DNA of 63,860 nt, filler included, from Thermodesulfobacteriota bacterium (GTDB taxonomy: Bacteria; DASVDK01), in assembly GCA_036381125.1 (NCBI GenBank). It is 9 parts of 9 records of this genome, joined end to end, with 100 filler letters (N's around TTAATTAATTAA, not from the genome) between each part and the next. Parts side by side here need not be neighbours in the genome. Positions count along the whole stretch, not along the records: positions 41,029 to 47,979 come from DASVDK010000043.1; positions 48,080 to 51,798 come from DASVDK010000044.1; positions 51,899 to 59,098 come from DASVDK010000045.1; 6 more parts are not named here. One strand, written 5' to 3'. Below are positions 46,300-55,731 of this stretch, piece by piece. Each line of letters starts with the position of its first letter. Positions within the stretch are counted from its first letter, which is position 1. The translations under genes were made by a program, and so were the position numbers. Below the pieces are notes generated by a model, which searched no databases, was not told the origin of the DNA, and was given only the letters and a program-made list of their open reading frames with translations.

Positions 46300-46935
46300 C
46301 GGCCGAACCTCCAGGCCGGGGCCATGATGCCTGCACACTAACGCCCGCCGTCCAACCAGACAAGCGGTGGGCCGGTGACGGCCGATATCCACCGTCGAGC
46401 CATGCTGCATCTCCTGCGACTGGACGGCGGAAGACCTCCGTCTCCTCGAGGCCGCGCTCCTGACCGAGATCCTCCTCCGCGCCGCACAGAGCAAGCGCGG
46501 TTGCGCGTCGACCCCGCGCCACGCTGATGGACGCTGCAGCGCAGGTGGCTCGAGGTTCTCGACATCGACATGGCGGCCACGGAGGTCGCGATCGTGCGCC
46601 TCTCGGCACTCCCCGAGGCCGAGTTCCGCGTGCGGCTCGCCAACCTGGTCCGGCTCGCGCCAGCGGCGACCTGACACCGCTGCTGAGACCGCGGGAAGGC
46701 CTTCCGGGTGCGTTCGGCGTGTCATCCGGTGCCCGCTGCGGCGGCGGCTGAGCACCACGCGGGCGGAAGAACCGTAGGCCGTCGGCGCCCCGATCTTCTA
46801 GCGGGACTTCTCACAGCCGATGCAGTCCGAGCTATCCCGAGGCGGCCTGAGGGAGGTGACGGGCGAAGACGTAAGCGCGCGAAACGACGGGCGACGCATC
46901 CCGACGTATCCCGAGGCAACTCGGCCGTTTGAGAG

Positions 46936-46980
46936 TTCCTAGACCGCGTGCCGTCGGTTCGATTCCGGCCAGGGGCACCA
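46936..46980 (+). pseudogene. 3' half of tRNA-Arg(CCT), att-site-like fragment
   Basis: TT-CCT-AG, ACCGC, GTGCC, T-arm GTCGG-TTCGATT-CCGGC, CAGGGGC-A-CCA; no 5' half upstream. Confidence 0.72.
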
Positions 46981-47015
46981 CTCCTTCGTGAACACTCGCC
47001 CTGCCGCCTCGCGCC

Positions 47016-47118
47016 CTACGGCGGGCGAGCGGCCGAGGCCCAACTCGGTTCGAACCGAGTTCGCACGGGCCCCGAGGCCCGGCACGCCGTGGCGTAGACG
47101 GCCGCCGGCTCGCGCACC
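47016..47118. repeat. direct repeat copy A
   Basis: matches 45445-45547; palindrome at 47042-47061. Confidence 0.9.
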
Positions 47119-47979
47119 TGCGACTCGCCCCAGGGGCCGAACATCCGTTCCGCCTCGTACCCGTTGTGCGCCCGGCAGCGCAGCTCGATGTTCGCCACCG
47201 TCGCCGCGCCGCCCGCCGCGTACGGCCGCACGTGGTGGAACTCGAGAAAGCCCCGCTCGGTGCACCGGCGCCCCGTCCGGCGGCTCACGAAGGCGCATCG
47301 TCCGCCGTCGCGCGCCCACACCGCTCGCCTCACCGCCGCCGGGATGTGCCGCGACCCCGGCCTCGGGGGCGTCCCCGCCCGCGGCCGACCGGTCGCGCCG
47401 ACCTTCTGCTTGAGCAGCGTCTCGACGAGGACGGTCAGGGCGCGGTCGAGGACCTGCGCGACGTCGCCGTCGGGGATCTGGTGGCGCAGGAGGTCCTGGG
47501 CGAGGCGCAGCTTCGCGTGCGTCTCGGCGCTCGCGGTGAACTGGACCCGGTAGCGGTCGGGCGCCAGCGGCGCGACGACCGGCGGACGTGGAGGGGGCGT
47601 CGGGGCGGGGGCGGGGGCCGGCCCTGACGACGAGGCAGGCTGGTCGCCGGCCGGGGGCGCGGCCGGCGTCGCATCGCCCGGGATCGGAGACGCGGGTAGG
47701 TGGACCGACGGCGCCTCGGCCGGAGGCGGCGGCGCCGCGGAGAGGACCGGGGCCGGTCCGGGTGCGCTGGCACGCGCCGCCTCGGCCAGTGACGGGCGCG
47801 CGGCCGGCGCCGTCCGCGGCGCCGGCAGCCGGCGGACCGAGGCGTGCGGGCTGACCGGCGGCGCTTCGGCCGGAGGCGGCGGCGCCGCGGAGAGGACCGG
47901 GGTCGGTCCGGGTGCGCTGGCACGCGCCGCCTCGGCGAGAGGCGGCGGCGCGGCCGGTGCCGTCCGCGGCGCCGGCAGC
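47016..47979 (-). CDS. HNH endonuclease of repetitive-element type (5' truncated)
   Basis: RYRVQFT..KL..AQDLLRH, SRHIPAAVRRAVW.RDGGRCAF..G.RC..LEFHH..P.A.GG..T..N..LRCRAHN. Confidence 0.85.
47703..47979. repeat. 150-bp tandem repeat in the Pro/Ala linker of the HNH protein
   Basis: 47703-47829 closely matches 47853-47979. Confidence 0.85.
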
Positions 47980-48079
47980 NNNNNNNNNNNNNNNNNNNNN
48001 NNNNNNNNNNNNNNNNNNNNNNNTTAATTAATTAANNNNNNNNNNNNNNNNNNNNNNNNNNNNNNNNNNNNNNNNNNNN
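47980..48079. other. contig linker (artificial)
   Basis: N44-TTAATTAATTAA-N44. Confidence 0.99.
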
Positions 48080-48733
48080 CGAGAACGGCATCTGGCGCGC
48101 GCCGGCCACGCGCAGGCGGTGGCGCACGTACTCCTCGGTGGACGACAGCGGCAGCGCCTGCAGGTGAACCTTGAGCGCGACGCGCTGCGCCAGCGGCGGA
48201 TCGAGCGCGAGCGTCTGCTCGATGTCCGGCAGGCCGAAGAAGACGAGCGACAGCAGCTTGCGACCGGGCAGCTCGAGGTTGAGCAGCCCGCGCAGCTCCT
48301 GCATGGTCTCCCTCGACTGGAGCATCTGCGCCTCGTCGATGAGCACGACGGCGCGCTTGCCCTCGTCGTGGATCTCCCGGAGCCGGCCGTAGAGCTGGCC
48401 CAGGAGGGTGACCTTGTCGGCGGCCGGCTCGGCGACGCCGAGCTGCATGGCGATCTTCGTGAGGAGCCAGTCGCTCGTGATCGACGAATGGATGACGACG
48501 AGCAGCGCTGCCTCGTACTCGTCGTCCGACAGGGTCTCCATGAAGCGGCGCGCGAGCGTGGTCTTGCCGGCCCCGATGTCGCCGACGACGATGGCGAGCC
48601 CCTTCATGTTGTCGGTGACGTACCGCAGACGGGCCATGACCTGCGCGTGCTGAGCGCTCTCGAAATAGAACCGGCCGTCCGGCGAGTTCGCGAACGGCTC
48701 GCTCGACAGCTCGAAGAACTCGAGCAGGTTCAT
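48080..48733 (-). CDS. ExeA/GspA-family AAA ATPase (3' truncated)
   Basis: FF.L..EPF...PD.RF, GDIGAGKTTL, LIDEAQML, LAQRVA. Confidence 0.88.
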
Positions 48734-48772
48734 GACCGATCCTCGGTGGCCGGGGGGGAGGCGGAGTCGCGA

Positions 48773-51472
48773 CTACACGAAGGAGATTCTATCACGCTTC
48801 GCGCCGGGCGTGGCCCCCGGCACCGCTCGGGCCGGCGACGACACCGGCCCGGCCGGCCGGGCCGGGGCGCGCGGTGCGGCCGGCGACGGCCGCGCGGGCG
48901 CCGGCTTCGCGGCGACCCCCTCGGCCGCGGGCGCCGGCGCCTCCGGCGCGTACGCCAGGTCGTCGCGGAGGAGGTCCTGCGGGTCGAAGGTCTCGCCGGC
49001 GTCGTGGGCCGGCTCCTCGGCGGCTCCGAGCGCCGCGAGGCGGTGAGAGACGTCACGGAACGCCCGATCGGCGGCCGCCACCGTCGCGAAGGCGCTCCGC
49101 GCCTCGTCGAGGCGGCCCGCGGCCTCGAAGGCGACGCCCAGCTCGTAGGTGAGGGCCATGACCTGGCGCGGGTCGCCGTCCGCGTGACCGAGGCCGGTCT
49201 CGAAGGCGGCGATGGCGGACTCGGCGTCGCCCCGGGCGAGGTGCGCGAGGCCGATCATCGTGTAGCAGTCGAAGCTGCGCCGCGGATCGGCGAGCGCGCG
49301 CTCGAACTCGGCGATGGCGTCCTCGACGAGCCCCATCTCCTTGTACGCGATGCCGAGGTTGTAGTGCGTCTCCGGGTCGTCCCCCACCTGCCGCTCGACG
49401 CCCTTCTTGAACTCCCGGAAGACCTCCTGGAAGCTCACCTGCTCCTCGGGATCGCCGAGAAGCCCGGCCGCAAGCCCGTCGGCGTCGCTGGCGAGCACCG
49501 CGGCGAGGTCGAACTGCTCGTGCGCCTCCTCCTCCGGCCGTACCGCCGAAGGCGACGCGGCGCCCGCCGGGGGCGAGGTCCTCGGCGCGCCCGGCAGGTC
49601 CCGATCGGGCGAGGACCGGGTCCCGGCCGCCTGCGCGGGGCTCTCCGGCGCGGCCGGCGCCTCCCGATCCGGCAGCGGCCCGGTCGCGGCCGCCTCCTTT
49701 GCGAGCCGATCGAGCCGCTCGCGCGCCACCGGGTGGTCCGGATCGACCGCGAGGATGCGCCGGTAGATGGCGCGCGCGGCGTCGAAGAGCCCCTGCTGGA
49801 CGAAGAACTCCGCCTCGTCGAGCTCCTCCGGGATCTGGTCGAGGGCGAGCTCCACGTCGCCGCCCGCCAGGACGCTCGCCTCGGGCGACCCGGCCGCGCG
49901 GCCGCGCGGCCCCTCGTCCTCGAGCGGCAGCATGGCGCCGCGCGCCGCGCCGTCGACCGTCGGCGTGTCGAGCGGCGCGACGTCGAGCGGCATGCCGTCG
50001 AGCGGGGCGACGTCGAGCGCCGGGCCGTCGAGCGGCGCGGTGTCGGCTCCGGCATCGAGGTCGAGCGAGAGGTCGAGGGCGCCGTCGGCTCCCCCGTCGA
50101 GCGAGAGCGCGTCCACGGCGGTGTCGAGGCCGAAGTCCGCCCCCTGCGCCGCGACCGGGTGCAGGGTCTCCTCGGCGCCCTCGGGCATCAACTCCGACGC
50201 CGCCGTGTCCACGACCGCGTCGAGCGGCGCGGCGTCGCCGAGCGGGGCGGCGGCGTCGATCTCGATCGTCAGCTCGTCGGCGGCCCTGGCCGGCTCCAGG
50301 GGCGTCGCGTCGGGCGCGGCCGGCGCGGCAGGCCGATCGACGGCGGCCTCTGCCGGGACGCCTCCCGGCTGGTCCAGCGTGGGCGCCTCCCAGCCGCCCG
50401 TCAGGGCGGCGAGCGAGGCCAGCGCCGACGCCCGACCGTCGGCGTCGCCACGCGCCTCGTGGATCGCCGCGAGCTGACGGAGCAGGGCCGCCCGCACCTC
50501 GTCGGGGAGCGCCGGCGTGCGGCTCGCGAGGGCCGAGACCGCGTCGGCCGCGGCGGCAAGCTGCTCGGGCGGCACCCCCTCGGGCGTGAAGCCCGAGGCC
50601 GCGGCGGCCGCCGCCTCCGGATCGCCGGCCTCGACGTACAGCTCGACGAGGCGCTGACGCGCCTCGACGCGATGGGGTGCCCCCTGGAGGGCGGCCGTCA
50701 GCGCCTCCACCGCCTTGGCCGTCTGACCCGCCTTGTGGCAGGCCTCGGCCTGCAGCTCCCGCAGTTCCGGGTCGTCGGGAGCCCTGGCCACCAGGGCGTT
50801 CACCCGGGAAAGGGCCGGCTCCACCTTGCCCGCCGCGATGAGCGCGGTGACGATGGCCCGCGTGGCGGCGGGGCTCAGCGGCCCCGCGGCGAGGAGCCGC
50901 TCGAACACCGCGTCCTGCTCCGCCCGCTTGCCGGTCTGCCCGTACAGCTCGGCCGCCTTGAGGAGCTGCTCGACGCCGCTCTCCTTGATGTTCGCCTTGA
51001 GGTACAGATCGCCGAGCTTCACCCGGATGGCGACGTTCTGCGGGTCGAGGTCGGCCATCTTCGTGAGCGTGTCGAGCGCCTCGCGGACCTGGCCCTTCTT
51101 GTCGTAGACCGCCGCGACCTGCTGGTAGGTCGTCAGGGCGTCGGACAGCAGGCCCTGCTTGTGGTAGAGGTCCGCCAGCCGGGAGGAGCTTTCGATGTGG
51201 GCGGGGTCGAGCTTGAGGATCTGCTTGTGGACGGCGATGGCCTTCAGGTAGAAGCCGTCGGCCGCGTGCCGCTCGGCCACGCGGAAGTACTGCTCGATCG
51301 CCTCCCGCACGGCCCCCTTCTTCGCGAAGACGTCGCCGAGGCGCAGTCGCGTCTGGATGTCGCCGGAGTCGATCTGGAGCGCCTGCTGGTAGTCCTTGAT
51401 CGCCTTGTCGAGCTGGCCCTTCTGGACGTACCGTTGGGCGCTGTCGATCAGCTCGTTCTTGCCTGGGGCCAA
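48773..51472 (-). CDS. large TPR protein, SgmX-like architecture
   Basis: N-terminal TPRs, acidic low-complexity linker, LDEAEFF.QQGL, THYNLGIAYKEMGL, C-terminal RISFV; TTG start inferred. Confidence 0.78.
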   Translation of the reverse strand: MAPGKNELIDSAQRYVQKGQLDKAIKDYQQALQIDSGDIQTRLRLGDVFAKKGAVREAIEQYFRVAERHAADGFYLKAIAVHKQILKLDPAHIESSSRLADLYHKQGLLSDALTTYQQVAAVYDKKGQVREALDTLTKMADLDPQNVAIRVKLGDLYLKANIKESGVEQLLKAAELYGQTGKRAEQDAVFERLLAAGPLSPAATRAIVTALIAAGKVEPALSRVNALVARAPDDPELRELQAEACHKAGQTAKAVEALTAALQGAPHRVEARQRLVELYVEAGDPEAAAAAASGFTPEGVPPEQLAAAADAVSALASRTPALPDEVRAALLRQLAAIHEARGDADGRASALASLAALTGGWEAPTLDQPGGVPAEAAVDRPAAPAAPDATPLEPARAADELTIEIDAAAPLGDAAPLDAVVDTAASELMPEGAEETLHPVAAQGADFGLDTAVDALSLDGGADGALDLSLDLDAGADTAPLDGPALDVAPLDGMPLDVAPLDTPTVDGAARGAMLPLEDEGPRGRAAGSPEASVLAGGDVELALDQIPEELDEAEFFVQQGLFDAARAIYRRILAVDPDHPVARERLDRLAKEAAATGPLPDREAPAAPESPAQAAGTRSSPDRDLPGAPRTSPPAGAASPSAVRPEEEAHEQFDLAAVLASDADGLAAGLLGDPEEQVSFQEVFREFKKGVERQVGDDPETHYNLGIAYKEMGLVEDAIAEFERALADPRRSFDCYTMIGLAHLARGDAESAIAAFETGLGHADGDPRQVMALTYELGVAFEAAGRLDEARSAFATVAAADRAFRDVSHRLAALGAAEEPAHDAGETFDPQDLLRDDLAYAPEAPAPAAEGVAAKPAPARPSPAAPRAPARPAGPVSSPARAVPGATPGAKRDRISFV

Positions 51473-51577
51473 GGGGCGCTCCGCCGCGTCCGCGCGGGGC
51501 CCACCGGTCGGAGACCTCGCACGGAACAATCGGATTTCGTTGAGGTTTCTTGGGCCGTATCGGCTCGACGCGGGCCG

Positions 51578-51606
51578 ACAATAATCCAGGCCCGGAGGGG
51601 TGTCAA
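51578..51606 (-). promoter_or_regulatory. sigma70 promoter for the TPR gene
   Basis: TTGACA-17-TATTGT. Confidence 0.6.
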
Positions 51607-51798
51607 GGCAAAAGCCCCCGGCGGTGCTCCCGCGCACGTGACCCTGACCGATAAGTCAGGTGACCCTACGTGCCCGGGTCGACGGCGCGGCGCTCCCGGG
51701 CGGTCAGCTCGCCCGGCTCGAAGCTGACCCCCAGTCGGCGCGCGAGCGCCGCCTCCACGGCCGCGGCGACCCGTTCCGGGGAAACCGGCCCGATAGCC

Positions 51799-51898
51799 NN
51801 NNNNNNNNNNNNNNNNNNNNNNNNNNNNNNNNNNNNNNNNNNTTAATTAATTAANNNNNNNNNNNNNNNNNNNNNNNNNNNNNNNNNNNNNNNNNNNN
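51799..51898. other. contig linker (artificial)
   Basis: N44-TTAATTAATTAA-N44. Confidence 0.99.
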
Positions 51899-52064
51899 GG
51901 GCGTCGGCGCCCACGGACGCCAGCGCCGGCACCGGCACCGTGTGCGACCCGGCCTCGAGCGCGCTCCGCTCCGCCAGGGCGACCCCGGCCAGCACCGCCA
52001 GGCCGCCGGCGCCCGCCGTGCCCAGCAGCCGCCGGACGGTCCTGCCCGCCGTACGTGTCGTCAT
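51899..52064 (-). CDS. N-terminus of an exported/membrane protein (3' truncated)
   Basis: GAGGGG RBS; basic N-terminus plus hydrophobic helix. Confidence 0.5.
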
Positions 52065-52111
52065 CGCGTTCCCCTCGTCCATGCGTCGCGACGCCACGGG
52101 GACAGGGTAGC

Positions 52112-52127
52112 AGCAACTCGCGTACCA
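52112..52127 (-). promoter_or_regulatory. putative sigma54 promoter
   Basis: TGGTACGCGAGTTGCT. Confidence 0.55.
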
Positions 52128-52501
52128 GCAAGCCCAGCCTCCCTGCACGGCCGAGCACTGCTCGACGCGCGCCGCGTAAGCCGGCGCACACCGGAGGCTC
52201 GCCGACGGCCGGCGCGAGACGGCGCGGGGCGCGCCGCGATTTCGGGCCTCCGGTCATGGCTTCCAGGTGCCCGAGGGAGGAACCGCCGTTCCACTTCTGG
52301 GCACGCGGCTCACCTGGCTGGCAAGGCAGCGGCCTCTCCTTCCCCTCCGGGCTGGCGCCGGGTGCCGGCGGCGCAAGCCGCCTCCGCAGAAGCGGCCGAC
52401 CGCCCTGCCGGGTGGTGCCGTCCCAGGACGGTGATGTATACTTGCGTTCCAACGGCCGGCAACGTTCGCCCTGCCGGCCGAGTCCCGAGAAGGGAGTCGC
52501 G

Positions 52502-52855
52502 ATGTTCTCGCCGAAGAACCGGTTTCGGGTTCGGCTGGAGAAGATCCAGCACCTGACGCCGCGTCAGCCAACCGGGCGGCTCTACCCCGTCGGGTACGAG
52601 CACGAAGGGTACATCTGGACCGAGGAGCCCGACCTCACCCACTACCTCCTCGGCCGCAAGGGCGTCGGGCCGGTCGTCGTGCTGGCGGCCAAGACGCCGG
52701 GCGGCACGGGGACGGGCGCCGAGGGCGCCGCCTTCCGGACCTCCATGGTCGAGGACGTCTCGCGGGTGCGAGCCGGGGTCTACCATGTCCGCACGCCCAA
52801 CTCCGTCTGGCAGGTCGTCGAGCTTCCCGAGATCGATCCCGTAGAAGCCGTCTAG
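52502..52855 (+). CDS. hypothetical protein
   Basis: AAGGGAG RBS, GC3-rich codons, upstream TATACT. Confidence 0.6.
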   Translation: MFSPKNRFRVRLEKIQHLTPRQPTGRLYPVGYEHEGYIWTEEPDLTHYLLGRKGVGPVVVLAAKTPGGTGTGAEGAAFRTSMVEDVSRVRAGVYHVRTPNSVWQVVELPEIDPVEAV

Positions 52856-52970
52856 CCGCGCCCGCCCGGCCTCTCCTCCGTTCAGCGACAGCCTACGGCT
52901 CGCTCCGGCGCTCCCCGGGGCGCGAGCGCCGGCCTGCATCCGCGCGGGCGCGCACCGTCCCGGGAGGCGG

Positions 52971-54731
52971 TCAGGAGGGGGAATGCAGGTCGCGCAGGGC
53001 GAGCTGCGGCCGCGGCCGTCCCTGCCAGTGGTCGACCTCCGGCGTGAAGGCCGCGGTCACGCGCGCGGTCGGCAACGGGTAGCGGCTCCCCATGCGGAAG
53101 CCGATGCCGCAGAACGACCCGGCCGCGTCGCCGGCAAGCTCGAGGCGGAGGTGGCGTCCGCCCCCCACCAGCCGCTGCTCGCGCACCACGAGCGGCGCGG
53201 CGAAGAGCGGTTCGGGGTTGCCGGGACCGTAGGGCGGCAACCGCACGACGTCGCGCCAGAACGCGGTATCGAGCTGGGCCAGCGTCACGGCGGCGTCGAG
53301 CACGAGCCTGGGGCCGGATGCGCCCCCCGTCTGCGCCCCCACCGCCTCGGCGAAGCGGGCGCGGAACGCCTCCACCCGGTCGGCCCGGACGGTGAAGCCG
53401 GCCGCATGCGCGTGCCCGCCCCAGGCGTCGAGGAGGTCGGCGCAGCGCGCGAGCGCCTCGTGCACGTCGGCGGCGCCGGCGCCCCGCACCGAGCCGCGGC
53501 CGCGGACGACCCCGTCCTCGTCCGGCCTGTCGTCCAGGGCGATCACGGCGGCCGGTCGGCCGGCCTCCTCCGCCAGGCGGGCGGCGACGATGCCCACCAC
53601 CCCCCTGTGCCACCCGACCCCCGCCGCGACGATGGCAGGCGAGCCGGCCTGCTCGGCGGCGATCAGGCGCGCCGCCTCGAGCGCCACGGCCTCGAGCCGC
53701 TGCCGCTCCCGGTTCATGTCGTCGAGCCGGGCGGCCAGGCGCGATGCCTCGCGGTCGTCCGAGGCGAGCAGCAGCGCCAGCGCCACGGTCGGATCGCCCA
53801 CCCGGCCGGCCGCGTTGAGCCGCGGCGCGAGCCGGAACGCCACGGCGCGCGCGTCGGCCTCCGGCGCGTCGGGACCGCCGAGGCCGGCCACGGCCGCGAG
53901 GGCGCGCAGCCCAGGCCGCCTGAGCGCCCGGATCTGGGCCAGGCCGTGCGTCGCCAGGATCCGGTTGTCCCCGCCGAGGGGGACCACGTCCGCGAGCGTG
54001 CCCAGGGCCACGATGTCGAGGTACTCGCGCAGGTCGGGCAGCGGGTCGACGCCGCGCTCGCGAAGGCGAGCCCGCACGGCCGCGACCAGGAGGAACGCGA
54101 CGCCGACGGCGGCGAGGTCCTTGTACGGGAAGGCGCAGTCGGGCTGTCGGGGGTTCACCACCGCCAGCGCCGGCGGCGGCGGCCCGGCACGCGGCTCGTG
54201 GTGATCGGTGACGATGACCTCGAGCCCGCGGCCGGCCGCCCACGCGAGCGCCTCGTGCGCCGCGATCCCGCAGTCGGCCGTCACGACGAGGCGGCACCCG
54301 GAGGGCGACGGCAGCCGCGCGTCGCACGCCGCGAGGCCGCGCGTGATGGCCTGCGGCGAGAGCCCGTAGCCGTCGCGCGCGCGGTCGGGCAGACAGACCT
54401 CGACGCGCGCCCCCATGGCCGACAGGCCGAGCGCCAGCACGGCGGAGGCGGTCACGCCGTCGACGTCGTAGTCGCCGAAGATCAGGAACGGCTCGCCGCT
54501 CCCGATGGCGGCGACGATCCGGTCGACCGCGGCCGCCATGCCGCGCATGGACCAGGGCGGCGTCAGGTCGGCGAGGCGGGGCGTGAGGAACCGGGCGGCC
54601 GCGTCGGGGTCCGCGTACCCCCGGTTGACCAGGACGCGCGCCACCAGGGGCGAGAGCCCGAGGGCGTCGGCGAGGCGGGCCGCCGCCGCCCCGTCGCCGC
54701 CCACGAGCCGCCAGCGGGCCGGCAGCGTCAC
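52971..54731 (-). CDS. recJ: ssDNA exonuclease RecJ
   Basis: GDYDVDG, GYGL, DCG, TDHH, GTLADVVPL, PRLNAAGR, GGHAHAAG. Confidence 0.95.
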   Translation of the reverse strand: MTLPARWRLVGGDGAAAARLADALGLSPLVARVLVNRGYADPDAAARFLTPRLADLTPPWSMRGMAAAVDRIVAAIGSGEPFLIFGDYDVDGVTASAVLALGLSAMGARVEVCLPDRARDGYGLSPQAITRGLAACDARLPSPSGCRLVVTADCGIAAHEALAWAAGRGLEVIVTDHHEPRAGPPPPALAVVNPRQPDCAFPYKDLAAVGVAFLLVAAVRARLRERGVDPLPDLREYLDIVALGTLADVVPLGGDNRILATHGLAQIRALRRPGLRALAAVAGLGGPDAPEADARAVAFRLAPRLNAAGRVGDPTVALALLLASDDREASRLAARLDDMNRERQRLEAVALEAARLIAAEQAGSPAIVAAGVGWHRGVVGIVAARLAEEAGRPAAVIALDDRPDEDGVVRGRGSVRGAGAADVHEALARCADLLDAWGGHAHAAGFTVRADRVEAFRARFAEAVGAQTGGASGPRLVLDAAVTLAQLDTAFWRDVVRLPPYGPGNPEPLFAAPLVVREQRLVGGGRHLRLELAGDAAGSFCGIGFRMGSRYPLPTARVTAAFTPEVDHWQGRPRPQLALRDLHSPS

Positions 54732-55714
54732 CGGGTGCGCGCGCTCTCGCGCGCGGCGACCCGCGGGCGGCGCCCCGGGCGGGTCGGCTCGCCCGCCGGC
54801 GTGGGCCTCCGCTGCCGGTCCGGCAGGCCCCAGACGTAGAGGATCGGGCTCGCGACGAAGATCGACGAGTAGGTGCCGACGAGGATGCCGAGGGTGAGGG
54901 CCAACGCGAAGTCCCTGAGCACGTCGCCGCCCCAGATGTAGAGCGAGATGCAGGCGAGGAGCGTCGTCGTGCCGGTCACGATCGTCCGCGACAGGACGTC
55001 GTTGATGCTCACGTTGATGACCTCCCCCAGGTCGCGGCGGCCGCCTCGCGCGAGGGTCTCGCGGATCCGGTCGAAGACGACGACCGTGTCGCTCAGGGAG
55101 TAGCCGGCCACGGTGAGCAGCGCGACGACCAGGAGCAGGTTGATCTCCTTGCCGAGCAGGAAGAAGACGCCGAGCACGGCCAGCACCGTGTGGACCGTCC
55201 CGAGCGTGGCCGCCACACCGAACCGGAACTGGAAGCGGACGGCGATGTACAGGACGATGCCGACGAGCGACAGCACGATCGCCACGACCGCGTCGCGCCG
55301 GAGCGCCTGGCCGACCGTCGGCCCGATGGTGCTCGTCGACTCGACGGTCAACGCGTTGCCCGACAGTCCGCTCCTGAGCGCGCCGATGATGTGGTCGGCG
55401 GTCTCGTCGAGCGGCACCTCGGACCGCTTGACCCGGATGATGAGCTTCGTCCCCCCCTCCGAGCCCTGCAGGTCGGCGTTGCCGAAGCCCGCCTCCTCGA
55501 GCGCCGAGCGCGCTTCGGAGAGCGTGACGGGGCGTTCCAGGTCGACCTGGACGGCGACCCCGCCCGCAAACTCGATCCCGAGATTGGCCCGGTCCATCGC
55601 GATGGCGACGAAGGTCGCCAGGCCGATCAGGCAGAGCACGGCGGAGATCGCCAGCGTGATCCGCCGCTTGCCGATGAAGTCGATCCGGGTCTTGCGCCCC
55701 CCGAACAGGTCCAC
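54728..55714 (-). CDS. secF: protein translocase subunit SecF
   Basis: LGIEFAGG, IGPTVG, GYSLSDTVVVFDRIRE, GTYSSIFVA. Confidence 0.94.
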   Translation of the reverse strand: MDLFGGRKTRIDFIGKRRITLAISAVLCLIGLATFVAIAMDRANLGIEFAGGVAVQVDLERPVTLSEARSALEEAGFGNADLQGSEGGTKLIIRVKRSEVPLDETADHIIGALRSGLSGNALTVESTSTIGPTVGQALRRDAVVAIVLSLVGIVLYIAVRFQFRFGVAATLGTVHTVLAVLGVFFLLGKEINLLLVVALLTVAGYSLSDTVVVFDRIRETLARGGRRDLGEVINVSINDVLSRTIVTGTTTLLACISLYIWGGDVLRDFALALTLGILVGTYSSIFVASPILYVWGLPDRQRRPTPAGEPTRPGRRPRVAARESARTR

Positions 55715-55731
55715 GTGCGTCTCCCGACTCG

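Noticed and set aside
46700-46980. Intact or group I intron-containing tRNA-Arg
   Set aside because: No 5' acceptor strand or D-arm upstream, and the anticodon is contiguous with the 3' half.
45445-47118. Palindromic repeat pair as a CRISPR array
   Set aside because: Only two copies 1.57 kb apart, no regular spacers and no cas genes.
51643-51660. Inverted repeat CCTGAC-N6-GTCAGG upstream of the TPR promoter
   Set aside because: A single short instance with no candidate regulator; could be chance.
52200-52330. c-di-GMP-II riboswitch-like GGGCACCTG on the minus strand
   Set aside because: The conserved downstream TAGTGCAACCG-like segment is missing.
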